From positions 1-43,544 of the IMG/VR virus record IMGVR_UViG_3300033406_000015: a stretch of 43,544 bases of DNA. One strand, 5' to 3'. The stretch comes from a virus. Lineage: Duplodnaviria > Caudoviricetes. The notes under the pieces were generated by a model that searched no databases, was not told where the DNA came from, and saw nothing but the letters and a program-made list of their open reading frames with translations. A program made the translations under genes and the position numbers. Positions 7,014 through 14,097 of this stretch are shown here, one piece after another; position 1 is the first letter of the stretch; each line of letters begins with the position of its first letter.

Positions 7014-7813
7014 CACTTCACCTCGATCTCGGAATAGACTCGGACGCCAGGGATCTCGCACCCTTCCTTAAGGGCTCGGACATCCCGCGCAATGGCGGCT
7101 TCGTCAATGGGCCGGTACTTCAGAGGCACCAGGGCAGGGTCGGTGATCTCGTATTTCCAAGCCGTGAAGGTCTTGGACGCGGAGCCCGTCACCTTGGCGA
7201 CTTCGGGAGCGGCGGGGAGCACCACGCGGGTATCACGGATCGCCTGCTTGGCGGCTTCGGACTGCTCGGCAGCTCGCTGTGCGGCTTCCTCAGACTCCTG
7301 CTCGGCCAGGAGGGCGGCGAATGGATCTTCCTCGGTGGATGCGACCAGCTTCGCGGCTTCGGCCTCTTCCTGGGCCTTCTTGGCGGCGGCGATCTCGGCA
7401 TCAGCCTTGGCCTTCGCTTCGGCCTCCAGGCGCTCCCGTTCCTTCCTGGCCAGGGCCTCAGCTTCGGCCCTCTGCCTGGCGAGCTCAGCCTGGTAGGCGC
7501 TCATGGGGCGGCGGTAGAGCCCCAGGGCTTCCTCAAAGGCGGCATCCACCGGCTTGAACTCGGCATTGATGCGCTTCACAGTGTCGTTGAGGGGCTTCAC
7601 CAGGGAGGTGCGCTTGTTCTCGGCGGCCTTCTGGGCGTTCTTGATGGCGGCGACCATGGCATCAGCGGCGGCGTAATCGTCATCCGTCTTGATCACGACC
7701 GCCTTGGCGAGGCTCAACACCTCCATGGCCTTGGCGAGGTCGGCGCGGGCGTCCTGGGCGTCGATGACTTCACCCTTGAGGGCGGAGGTTCCGAGGGTCT
7801 GGATGTTGTTCAT
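7013..7813 (-). CDS. coiled-coil phage protein of the recombination region
   Basis: KRTSLVKPLND...INAEFKP, Ala/Glu coiled coil, C-terminal WKYEITDPALVP...IPGVRVY. Confidence 0.75.
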   Translation of the reverse strand: MNNIQTLGTSALKGEVIDAQDARADLAKAMEVLSLAKAVVIKTDDDYAAADAMVAAIKNAQKAAENKRTSLVKPLNDTVKRINAEFKPVDAAFEEALGLYRRPMSAYQAELARQRAEAEALARKERERLEAEAKAKADAEIAAAKKAQEEAEAAKLVASTEEDPFAALLAEQESEEAAQRAAEQSEAAKQAIRDTRVVLPAAPEVAKVTGSASKTFTAWKYEITDPALVPLKYRPIDEAAIARDVRALKEGCEIPGVRVYSEIEVK

Positions 7814-7992
7814 GCTGTGTTCTCCTCATAGGGATAGGGGCGCTCTTGGCGCAGGATTTCGGCTCGGTGCTGGTCGCGGGCGTTCATGCCCTGCCAGGAG
7901 TGGATGGGATAGATGGCTGAGAACTCCAACGGCCACACGCTGCGATGCGGGGCCGGGAACATCAGGTCGGGGGTGGGGACGGGGCGCTTCAT
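7810..7992 (-). CDS. small hypothetical protein
   Basis: ATGA-coupled on both sides; start MKRPVPTP. Confidence 0.5.
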   Translation of the reverse strand: MKRPVPTPDLMFPAPHRSVWPLEFSAIYPIHSWQGMNARDQHRAEILRQERPYPYEENTA

Positions 7993-8147
7993 CCCGCCCG
8001 TTCCATCGCCCGCTCGAAGACATCCACCACAGGGCAAGGAAGGGAAGCGGCTTCAGCGAGGCAGTCAACACACACCCCGTCATCGCGTTCCATTTCGAGG
8101 GTCAGGAGTTCCCCGCAGACTGCGCAGGTAATGGGTTCGGCGTTCAT
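7989..8147 (-). CDS. 52-aa zinc-finger protein (not in ORF track)
   Basis: AAGGAG SD; MNAEPITCAVCG...VCVDCL...AG*. Confidence 0.65.
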   Translation of the reverse strand: MNAEPITCAVCGELLTLEMERDDGVCVDCLAEAASLPCPVVDVFERAMERAG

Positions 8148-8384
8148 GCGGTCTTCTCCTTAGGTTGTAGGAGGTCCATGAAATAACTCAGGGCGATGTC
8201 TTGGCTGGGGAATGGGGCAGAGATGCCGGACGATTCGCCGTTGGGGTAGAGGGTCACGCCGCGCCACATGCCGTCAGCGCATCGCCAAACGTGGGCGAGC
8301 TTTCGGCGGTAGGGGCCGACGATCCACCAGCCGATTGGAGCCGGTTCGTATTTGAGGGGGGGGGGCGGACTTAGACTTTTTCAC
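8144..8384 (-). pseudogene. small gene frameshifted at a C10 homopolymer
   Basis: GTG start overlaps the upstream TGA; with C9 it would read MKKSKSAPPLKYEPAPIGWWIVGPY...KEKTA* and couple to the next gene; the sequence has G10 at 8356-8365. Confidence 0.6.
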
Positions 8385-9466
8385 GCGGTAGCCCCATCTT
8401 TCACCGGCACGAACTTGTCGCCGGAAAGTCGGTAAGCAACGCCAGCCAGGACCCCATCTTCTCCCACCTCGGCCATGCGGATGCGCCACTGTTCGCGCTT
8501 CTCATCCCAATACTGGCAAATCAGGGTGGAGCCATAGCCGCCGGTCAGGGTGGAGTCATAGCCGCCGGTCAGGGTGGAGCCATCGCCGCCGGTCAGGGTG
8601 GAGTCATAGCCGCCGGTCAGGGTGGAGCGATTGCCGCCGGTCAGGGTGGAGCGATTGCCGCCGGTCAGGGTGGAGCGATTGCCGCCGGTCAGGGTGGAGT
8701 CATCGCCGCCGGTCAGGGTGGAGCCATCGCCGCCGGTCAGGGTGGAGCCATCGCCGCCGGTCAGGGTGGAGCCATAGCCGCCGGTCAGGGTGGAGCCATA
8801 GCCGCCGGTCAGGGTGGAGCCATCGCCGCCGGTCAGGGTGGAGTCATCGCCGCCGGTCAGGGTGGAGTCATAGCCGCCGGTCAGGGTGGAGCGATTGCCG
8901 CCGGTCAGGGTGGAGCGATTGCCGCCGGTCAGGGTGGAGTCATCGCCGCCGGTCAGGGTGGAGCCATCGCCGCCGGTCAGGGTGGAGCCATAGCCGCCGG
9001 TCAGGGTGGAGCCATAGCCGCCGGTCAGGGTGGAGCCATCGCCGCCGGTCAGGGTGGAGCCATCGCCGCCGGTCAGGGTGGAGCCGATGCATGTGGCTGG
9101 GTCCGCGCCGAGGGAGATTAGGAGGGCGGCGCAGCTTGCCTTGTCGCCGACATGGACCACATCGGCGCGGGGGGCCTTGATCTTGCCGTCAATATCGACC
9201 CACTCATCGATGCCGACAACCATCCACTTGGCGTCAGGATCCCAACTGAGATAGTTAGCACTGCCAGCTCCCCACAGTAGGCCATGGAGCCCGTTCCCGC
9301 ATTCGGCCTTTGGCTTCCAATCGGGGCACTCGACGGTGCCAAAGGTGGGCCACTGGAAACCCCCGTGGGATGTCATATCCGCATTGCAGGTGCGGAGCAT
9401 GTAGGCCTTGTGGCGGGTTTTGAGTTCTTCGATGGTGGGAGGTTTGACGGTCTTTTTGCGGGGCAT
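8381..9466 (-). CDS. ice-nucleation-protein (InaZ)-like beta-solenoid repeat protein, short form
   Basis: N-domain LRTC..DM..HGG..WP..G.V...NGLHGLLWGAG...PRADVVHVGD; 23 GGxxSTLT/I octapeptides; C-cap LICQYWDEKR...VGEDGV.A...Y; AGGAGG SD. Confidence 0.8.
   Translation of the reverse strand: MPRKKTVKPPTIEELKTRHKAYMLRTCNADMTSHGGFQWPTFGTVECPDWKPKAECGNGLHGLLWGAGSANYLSWDPDAKWMVVGIDEWVDIDGKIKAPRADVVHVGDKASCAALLISLGADPATCIGSTLTGGDGSTLTGGDGSTLTGGYGSTLTGGYGSTLTGGDGSTLTGGDDSTLTGGNRSTLTGGNRSTLTGGYDSTLTGGDDSTLTGGDGSTLTGGYGSTLTGGYGSTLTGGDGSTLTGGDGSTLTGGDDSTLTGGNRSTLTGGNRSTLTGGNRSTLTGGYDSTLTGGDGSTLTGGYDSTLTGGYGSTLICQYWDEKREQWRIRMAEVGEDGVLAGVAYRLSGDKFVPVKDGATA
8521..9084. repeat. 24-bp tandem repeat, about 23.5 copies, coding
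   Basis: Invariant GCCGCCGGTCAGGGTGGA plus a variable hexamer (GCCATC, GCCATA, GTCATC, GTCATA, GCGATT). Confidence 0.97.
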
Positions 9467-9474
9467 GGTGCCTC

Positions 9475-9528
9475 CTATGCGGCTGGCGGGATGGGTTTGC
9501 GGGGACAGAAGCGGATGACCTTGCCCAT
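9475..9528 (-). CDS. putative 17-aa leader peptide
   Basis: AGGAGG SD; MGKVIRFCPRKPIPPAA*; its TAG overlaps the SD of the INP-like gene. Confidence 0.4.
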   Translation of the reverse strand: MGKVIRFCPRKPIPPAA

Positions 9529-9955
9529 GGCTGGCCTCCTGTAAAACGGCGAGTTGCCGCTGAAACCCAGCCAGCTAAAACCACGCTGTCGCTGGGCTTC
9601 CGTGGGAACTCGGTTGCGAGGGATTCTTTCCCCTCTGCCACCCCTTTCGCTGGGTCTGCGCCTTCACGGGTCCGGCACATGCGTCCTTACCGCTCGGGGA
9701 TCTCGGGTCTTTTCTCCAGGCCCCGCGATAGCTCACATCGCGGCGGTTGCGGGACTGTCTAGCTCTCCCACCTGGTCTTCCTCCAGCGTCCTGAAAACGC
9801 TGGTTTCGGTTGTCATATCGCTATCGGTTGGCACAGAGCTATCGCCAGCCCCTCAGGGCATCGGCTTTGCTGGTCTGGGTTACTCGCCTTGCTGCTCCTA
9901 CCCGGTTACCTCAACGGCTCGGTGGCTCGTCTGTGGGTGGGGGTGGTGCAACACA

Positions 9956-9984
9956 ATAATGTAGTGTCGCACACTACACGTCAA
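9956..9984 (-). promoter_or_regulatory. leftward early promoter (PL-like) with palindromic operator
   Basis: Minus strand TTGACG-17bp-CATTAT; operator TGTAGTGT-cgc-ACACTACA at 9960-9978. Confidence 0.7.
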
Positions 9985-10010
9985 GGCCCAAATTCTAAAA
10001 TATTTCAGAC

Positions 10011-10037
10011 AAAAGAAAACCCCGCGCTGGGCGGGGC
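10011..10037 (-). terminator. intrinsic terminator of the immunity/moron operon
   Basis: Minus strand GCCCCGC-ccagc-GCGGGGT followed by TTTCTTTT. Confidence 0.75.
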
Positions 10038-10060
10038 TAGTGGCGCGTTGGACCGGAAGG

Positions 10061-10501
10061 TCAGTCCAGTGTGGTGGGATAGATCGCCACATCACCGCTG
10101 GCCGGGAACCCAACCCGGTAGGCCTTGGCAACGCCACGCTCCAGCTTGATCGTGGCCCCAGCCATCTTGTTGCCGCAGAGCCCACCATTGGTCGTGACCT
10201 CAACAACGTGTTCACCAGGCGTCAGGTAAAGGCTCACCTTCTCCTCCGGCTTGAGATTCGCAGCACTCTCTCCATCCACCATCACCCGGAGTTTGCAACC
10301 GGACCCACCGAAGCCGGAGTCTCTCACCACAACCACCAAGCACTTGGAGGGATCCTCGGTTGTGAGGTCCCTGGACAGGACATCTCTGGCTGGGGTTGCA
10401 AACTCTGCCCGGACGCGCTCAGAGGCACAGCTGATCATGGCAAAAAGGGCGAGTGCGCAAACTGCATATCTCATCTTTGCCCCATCCCATTTGACTTTCA
10501 T
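10061..10501 (-). CDS. putative lipoprotein (moron; candidate superinfection exclusion)
   Basis: Hydrophobic signal AVCALALFAMISC, then beta-rich VVVRDSGFGGSGC...LYLTPGEH; true start either 10501 or the Met of MRYAV. Confidence 0.7.
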   Translation of the reverse strand: MKVKWDGAKMRYAVCALALFAMISCASERVRAEFATPARDVLSRDLTTEDPSKCLVVVVRDSGFGGSGCKLRVMVDGESAANLKPEEKVSLYLTPGEHVVEVTTNGGLCGNKMAGATIKLERGVAKAYRVGFPASGDVAIYPTTLD

Positions 10502-10917
10502 TTGCCAACCTCCGGAATAAGCCAATTGTTCCCGCACGCACAACACACCCATGTATTGCGCAGTTTTTCCGCCTGAGCACTCAATAGCAACCGCCTCCGC
10601 TCACGGTGCGACCTCAGCGCAATAGGAGTGATGGCAATACATATCCCGATGATCATAAACACGATGGGTAGAACCAAGGTGGATTTGTCCCAGCCAAGGT
10701 ACCACCCGATGATAAGCCCACCAACTATTGTGATAGGCCCAGCCATGTAGAAATACCCATCTGGCGTTATCGGCTTCACTGGTGCCATAGATGCGGCAAT
10801 CCTCAGCGCAGCGGCGTTGACGGAAGCGCCACCTCGCTCTGTAAACATTGTCGACGTGGCCATGAACATCTCGCAAGTGGACACCGCAGAACTCCCACAC
10901 TTTGGGCAGTTGATCAT
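10498..10917 (-). CDS. zinc-ribbon / two-TM membrane protein (moron)
   Basis: CPKCGS at the N-terminus, two hydrophobic helices, WVCCACGNNW at the C-terminus; GGAGG SD. Confidence 0.72.
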   Translation of the reverse strand: MINCPKCGSSAVSTCEMFMATSTMFTERGGASVNAAALRIAASMAPVKPITPDGYFYMAGPITIVGGLIIGWYLGWDKSTLVLPIVFMIIGICIAITPIALRSHRERRRLLLSAQAEKLRNTWVCCACGNNWLIPEVGK

Positions 10918-10940
10918 GCGCACACCTCCAGGGCTTTGAT

Positions 10941-11096
10941 TCACTTTGTCCTGCGAATGTAATACCCAACGAAAATGATGACGGCCCCCCCTATTAGCCC
11001 TGCCATCTTTTCCTCTGGCGTGCATTTGATTGCAAGCGATCCGACGATAAGCAGTCCCCCGATCACCATAACAATCTCATCCCACTTCGCTTTCAT
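10941..11096 (-). CDS. 51-aa two-TM membrane protein (not in ORF track)
   Basis: MKAKWDEIVMVIGGLLIVGSLAIKCTPEEKMAGLIGGAVIIFVGYYIRRTK*; GGAGG SD, ATGA overlap with the protease gene. Confidence 0.65.
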   Translation of the reverse strand: MKAKWDEIVMVIGGLLIVGSLAIKCTPEEKMAGLIGGAVIIFVGYYIRRTK

Positions 11097-11557
11097 GCGC
11101 ACACCTCCAAAGACCTGATCCGGTAGGCCGCGATCATGCCGGCCAATTTCCTGGCTGGGCAGTTGTGAAGGGGTAGGTCTTCATAGTGGGCTGACAGCGC
11201 CCCAATGAAGGCATCAGGACACGCATTCTGATGGAGCATGATCCGGGACTCTGGGATCAGCGCACAGGCGGCCCAGCGGTTGGCCCTCCATTCGTCCCGG
11301 CTATAGGTCAACTCACCCTTTGGCCCGCACGGATGCTGTACCAGGTGCCCAATCTCGTGAGACAGGATCCACATGTCCCGGAGGGGGGACTTGTCCAGAG
11401 GCAAGAGGATGACGGGGGGCTCGGGCCCTCCAGCGATGAAGAGGCCGTTGTCGCCAATGTCAGCCCTGCCACCACGGCACCCCAGGGATGTGGCGTACTC
11501 AACCAGGTCATCGAAAGACGGGTACCGCAGGCCAAACCACCCAGGATGCCGAATCAT
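11093..11557 (-). CDS. ImmA/IrrE-family Zn metallopeptidase
   Basis: LSHEIGH (HExxH) and EWRANRWAACALIP; directly downstream of the XRE repressor. Confidence 0.85.
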   Translation of the reverse strand: MIRHPGWFGLRYPSFDDLVEYATSLGCRGGRADIGDNGLFIAGGPEPPVILLPLDKSPLRDMWILSHEIGHLVQHPCGPKGELTYSRDEWRANRWAACALIPESRIMLHQNACPDAFIGALSAHYEDLPLHNCPARKLAGMIAAYRIRSLEVCA

Positions 11558-11931
11558 CAGTTCTGATACCCGCTGACAATAGCCTTCCAGGCGTTGTAGG
11601 CGGCCATCTTCTGTGCCTCTGTCAGTTTGGTGATGTCGTGCCCCATGGACCTCAGCATGACCCGTTCCATCTCGGAGGACTCAGGGTTGGTGCCGGGGAT
11701 GTCGGATCCGGGGTCGTCAACGATTTCGGATAGCTTGACCCCCAATACTCGCGCTGCATTCTGTGCAGTCTCTAGTTTGGGGCACCCTGTTCGCTTGTCG
11801 TATAGCAGACCATGCAGCCCACTCGGCTTAAGGCCAAGCCTTTCCGCCATCTCCTCCGGGGTTAACCCGTGCTCCTTCCTGTAGTCCAGGACGAGCTTTT
11901 TGAAATTATCGCGCTGGGGCCAGTTGCTCAT
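11557..11931 (-). CDS. XRE-family HTH prophage repressor (CI/ImmR-like)
   Basis: YRKEHGLTPEEMAERLGLKPSGLHGLL...AARVLGVKLSEIV; start reassigned to MSNWPQ at 11931; divergent from cro. Confidence 0.85.
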   Translation of the reverse strand: MSNWPQRDNFKKLVLDYRKEHGLTPEEMAERLGLKPSGLHGLLYDKRTGCPKLETAQNAARVLGVKLSEIVDDPGSDIPGTNPESSEMERVMLRSMGHDITKLTEAQKMAAYNAWKAIVSGYQN

Positions 11932-11978
11932 AGCCCAAGTCTCATACAGCCGGCACGATGTCGCCATGTTGTTAGGCG

Positions 11979-12006
11979 TTGACAATGTCGTGTAGCACAC
12001 TACACT
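11979..12006 (+). promoter_or_regulatory. rightward early promoter (PR-like) with operator
   Basis: TTGACA-16bp-TACACT; operator TGTCGTGTAGCACACTACA (11986-12004), 17/19 identical to 9960-9978. Confidence 0.72.
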
Positions 12007-12012
12007 TGGTCT

Positions 12013-12258
12013 ATGCCGAGACACAACTACCCCTTCAAGGAAACCATCTCTGGGCTCGCTGAGCGGGTCCAGACGAGCCGAGTCCATCTGTCCCGCATTC
12101 TTTCCGGAGCCGAGGGGGTAAGCATCCAGCTTGCCTTGCGCATCGTTGACGCTTGCGCTGGGCAAATTTCTCTTGAGTGGATTTTGACCCGCAAAGTCTA
12201 CAAACCCACGGCTGACGACCCGGAAGCTCATCGCGGCCCCCTCAGTCTCGCGTCATAG
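12013..12258 (+). CDS. Cro-like HTH regulator
   Basis: ISGLAERVQTSRVHLSRILSG...SIQLALRI...GQISLE; divergent from the repressor. Confidence 0.8.
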   Translation: MPRHNYPFKETISGLAERVQTSRVHLSRILSGAEGVSIQLALRIVDACAGQISLEWILTRKVYKPTADDPEAHRGPLSLAS

Positions 12259-12488
12259 GAGGTCGCATGTCGCTCGTCCAGTTCGATCCTCGCAAATGGC
12301 GGCGGCTCCTCCGGGGGCTTCGGAACGAATTCCACCAGTTCTGCCAAATGGTCTGCGCTCCAACCCAGCTTCCTCATGTCCGCCTCGGACTTCACCTTGA
12401 TCGCGGCTTTTCTCCATGCCTCGTTTGTGCCGAACATCGCGGCCTGCGACAGGGAAATAAGGCTGGGGATGTAGGCGTTCGGTTCCAT
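12228..12488 (-). CDS. hypothetical protein antisense to the early right operon (competes with + ORF 12267-12515)
   Basis: 86-aa ORF with protein-like composition; cannot decide between the two overlapping frames. Confidence 0.4.
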   Translation of the reverse strand: MEPNAYIPSLISLSQAAMFGTNEAWRKAAIKVKSEADMRKLGWSADHLAELVEFVPKPPEEPPPFARIELDERHATSYDARLRGPR

Positions 12489-12511
12489 GCGCTCTCTCTG
12501 GAGAAGTTCTC

Positions 12512-13030
12512 ATGACTCACAGATTCGCTCGTAGATTGGGTCAAATCGAGATCCCAAATTTTGACCCTAAGGTTCAAGTGCGCAACCACTTCAAGGGGTG
12601 GCTGTACGATGCGGTGAAACTCAGCGGGCGCGAACGCAAGAACATCTGCGATGACATGCACGGCCTGGACATGGGCCTGTTCTCGAAGTGGATGAACCCA
12701 AACGAGTCTGATTGCATGTCTGCCCACTGGCTGGTTTTGTTCACCCGGGCCGCTGGCCCCTATCTCCTGGCGCAGATCGCCCATGAAGCTGGGTTCGAGC
12801 TGGTCTACCAGGGTGATGAAGCCCTCCCGGGGCTCCCGTCTGGTGACCTGTTGCCCCTCCTGTCCAAACTCCACGGAGACGCCATGGCCGCGATGATCCA
12901 GGCCAGAAGTGACGGTGTGATCAGCGAGTCCGAGAAGCGGGCCATTTACCCAGGCCTCAAGCGATGCATCAGCGTTCTTGAGGCAGAGGCAGAGCACTAC
13001 CGCCCTGAGTCCATGAGGAGGTCCGCGTGA
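12512..13030 (+). CDS. phage regulatory CII-family protein
   Basis: N-terminal HTH ending FSKWMNPNE; LLAQIAHEAGFELV; C-terminal ARSDGVISESEKRAI; position after cro. Confidence 0.72.
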   Translation: MTHRFARRLGQIEIPNFDPKVQVRNHFKGWLYDAVKLSGRERKNICDDMHGLDMGLFSKWMNPNESDCMSAHWLVLFTRAAGPYLLAQIAHEAGFELVYQGDEALPGLPSGDLLPLLSKLHGDAMAAMIQARSDGVISESEKRAIYPGLKRCISVLEAEAEHYRPESMRRSA

Positions 13031-13194
13031 ACTCCATCGACCTCCTCCACCTCTTCAATGCCTTCGAGGCTGGCTCGGACGCTTGCCGGCGTGGTGACGA
13101 TGCCGCGATCCAGCGGTGTATCGACCGGCTGAACAAGATCTCCAAAGAAAAAACCCCGGTGGCTGCCGGGGCTGAACTTCAACCGTCTGCTTAG
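13027..13194 (+). CDS. 55-aa hypothetical protein (not in ORF track)
   Basis: GAGGAGG SD, GTGA overlap; MNSIDLLHLF...QPSA*; contains an AAAAAACCCCGG...CCGGGG hairpin. Confidence 0.45.
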   Translation: MNSIDLLHLFNAFEAGSDACRRGDDAAIQRCIDRLNKISKEKTPVAAGAELQPSA

Positions 13195-13206
13195 GAGACG
13201 ATCCAC

Positions 13207-14097
13207 ATGAATTCTACGACAAATGGCCTAAAACGCCATCCCCTCTCAGCGCTCTTCTCTCGGTTGGACCTTGCCGGGGATGACCTTGCAGCCTTGGTAG
13301 AGGACATCAAGGACCAAGGGTTGCTTTCCCCGATCACCACCCATGAAGGCATGGTGCTAGACGGCTGGAATAGGTATACCGCCTGTGGCCTGGCTGGGGT
13401 TGAACCCGTGTTGATTCCCCTTCACCCTGGCGCAGATCCATGGGAGTTCGTCAAGGGCTCCAACATGCTACGGAGGCACATGAGCCCCGCCGAGCGGGTG
13501 GCGGTGCTACTCCTCAAAACTCGGATGGATGGCGAATTCTCAAAATTGAGAATTCCGACTGAGCAAGCCATCGCCCAGGATCTCGAAGTGAGCGCCGGAA
13601 CTGCCCACAAGGCCGCCGTGGTCGCCAAAGCTAACGACCCCGCCCTTGTTGATGCCCTAGCCGATAAGAAGGTCTCCCTGGACCGAGCCGCCGAACTCGC
13701 CAAAATGCCGGAACATGAGCGCCATGCCGCCCTCGAAGCCCCCAAGCCCTCCCACGCGCCCAAGAAGGACGCCGCCGATGTCGAGGCGCTCCAGGCGCGT
13801 GTGGAGGAACTGGAAGCCGAGCGGGAAGACTTGAAGGACCGCCTCTTCGAGATGGCCCAAAACCTGAAAGAGACGATGGAGGAGAACGACTCCATCCGCC
13901 GCATCCTGGACGCCGAAGACCTCCTGGCTGGGTATGACAAAGAGGTGAAGCGGGTCAGGGAAGGCGCTAGGCTCATCGAGGCCCGGAATACCTCCCTTTC
14001 GGTTGAGGTCAACGAACTCAAGCGGTTCGCCAAGATGTGGAAGGGCAAGTTTGAGCGTCTTGAAAAGACCGTGAAGGTTGCGGAGGCTGCGTCATGA
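13207..14097 (+). CDS. ParB-N-domain protein with HTH and coiled coil
   Basis: LVEDIKDQGLLSPI...VLDGWNRYTAC...NMLRRHMS. Confidence 0.8.
   Translation: MNSTTNGLKRHPLSALFSRLDLAGDDLAALVEDIKDQGLLSPITTHEGMVLDGWNRYTACGLAGVEPVLIPLHPGADPWEFVKGSNMLRRHMSPAERVAVLLLKTRMDGEFSKLRIPTEQAIAQDLEVSAGTAHKAAVVAKANDPALVDALADKKVSLDRAAELAKMPEHERHAALEAPKPSHAPKKDAADVEALQARVEELEAEREDLKDRLFEMAQNLKETMEENDSIRRILDAEDLLAGYDKEVKRVREGARLIEARNTSLSVEVNELKRFAKMWKGKFERLEKTVKVAEAAS

Noticed and set aside
4639-7535. Extra CCAGGGCTT copies at about 4642 and 7522 as cassette junctions
   Set aside because: They lie mid-gene (QALEE, EEALG) with no following SD/start, so they probably reflect codon usage
8521-9084. CRISPR array
   Set aside because: Variable parts are only 6 bp and recur, the period is 24 bp within an open frame, and there are no cas genes
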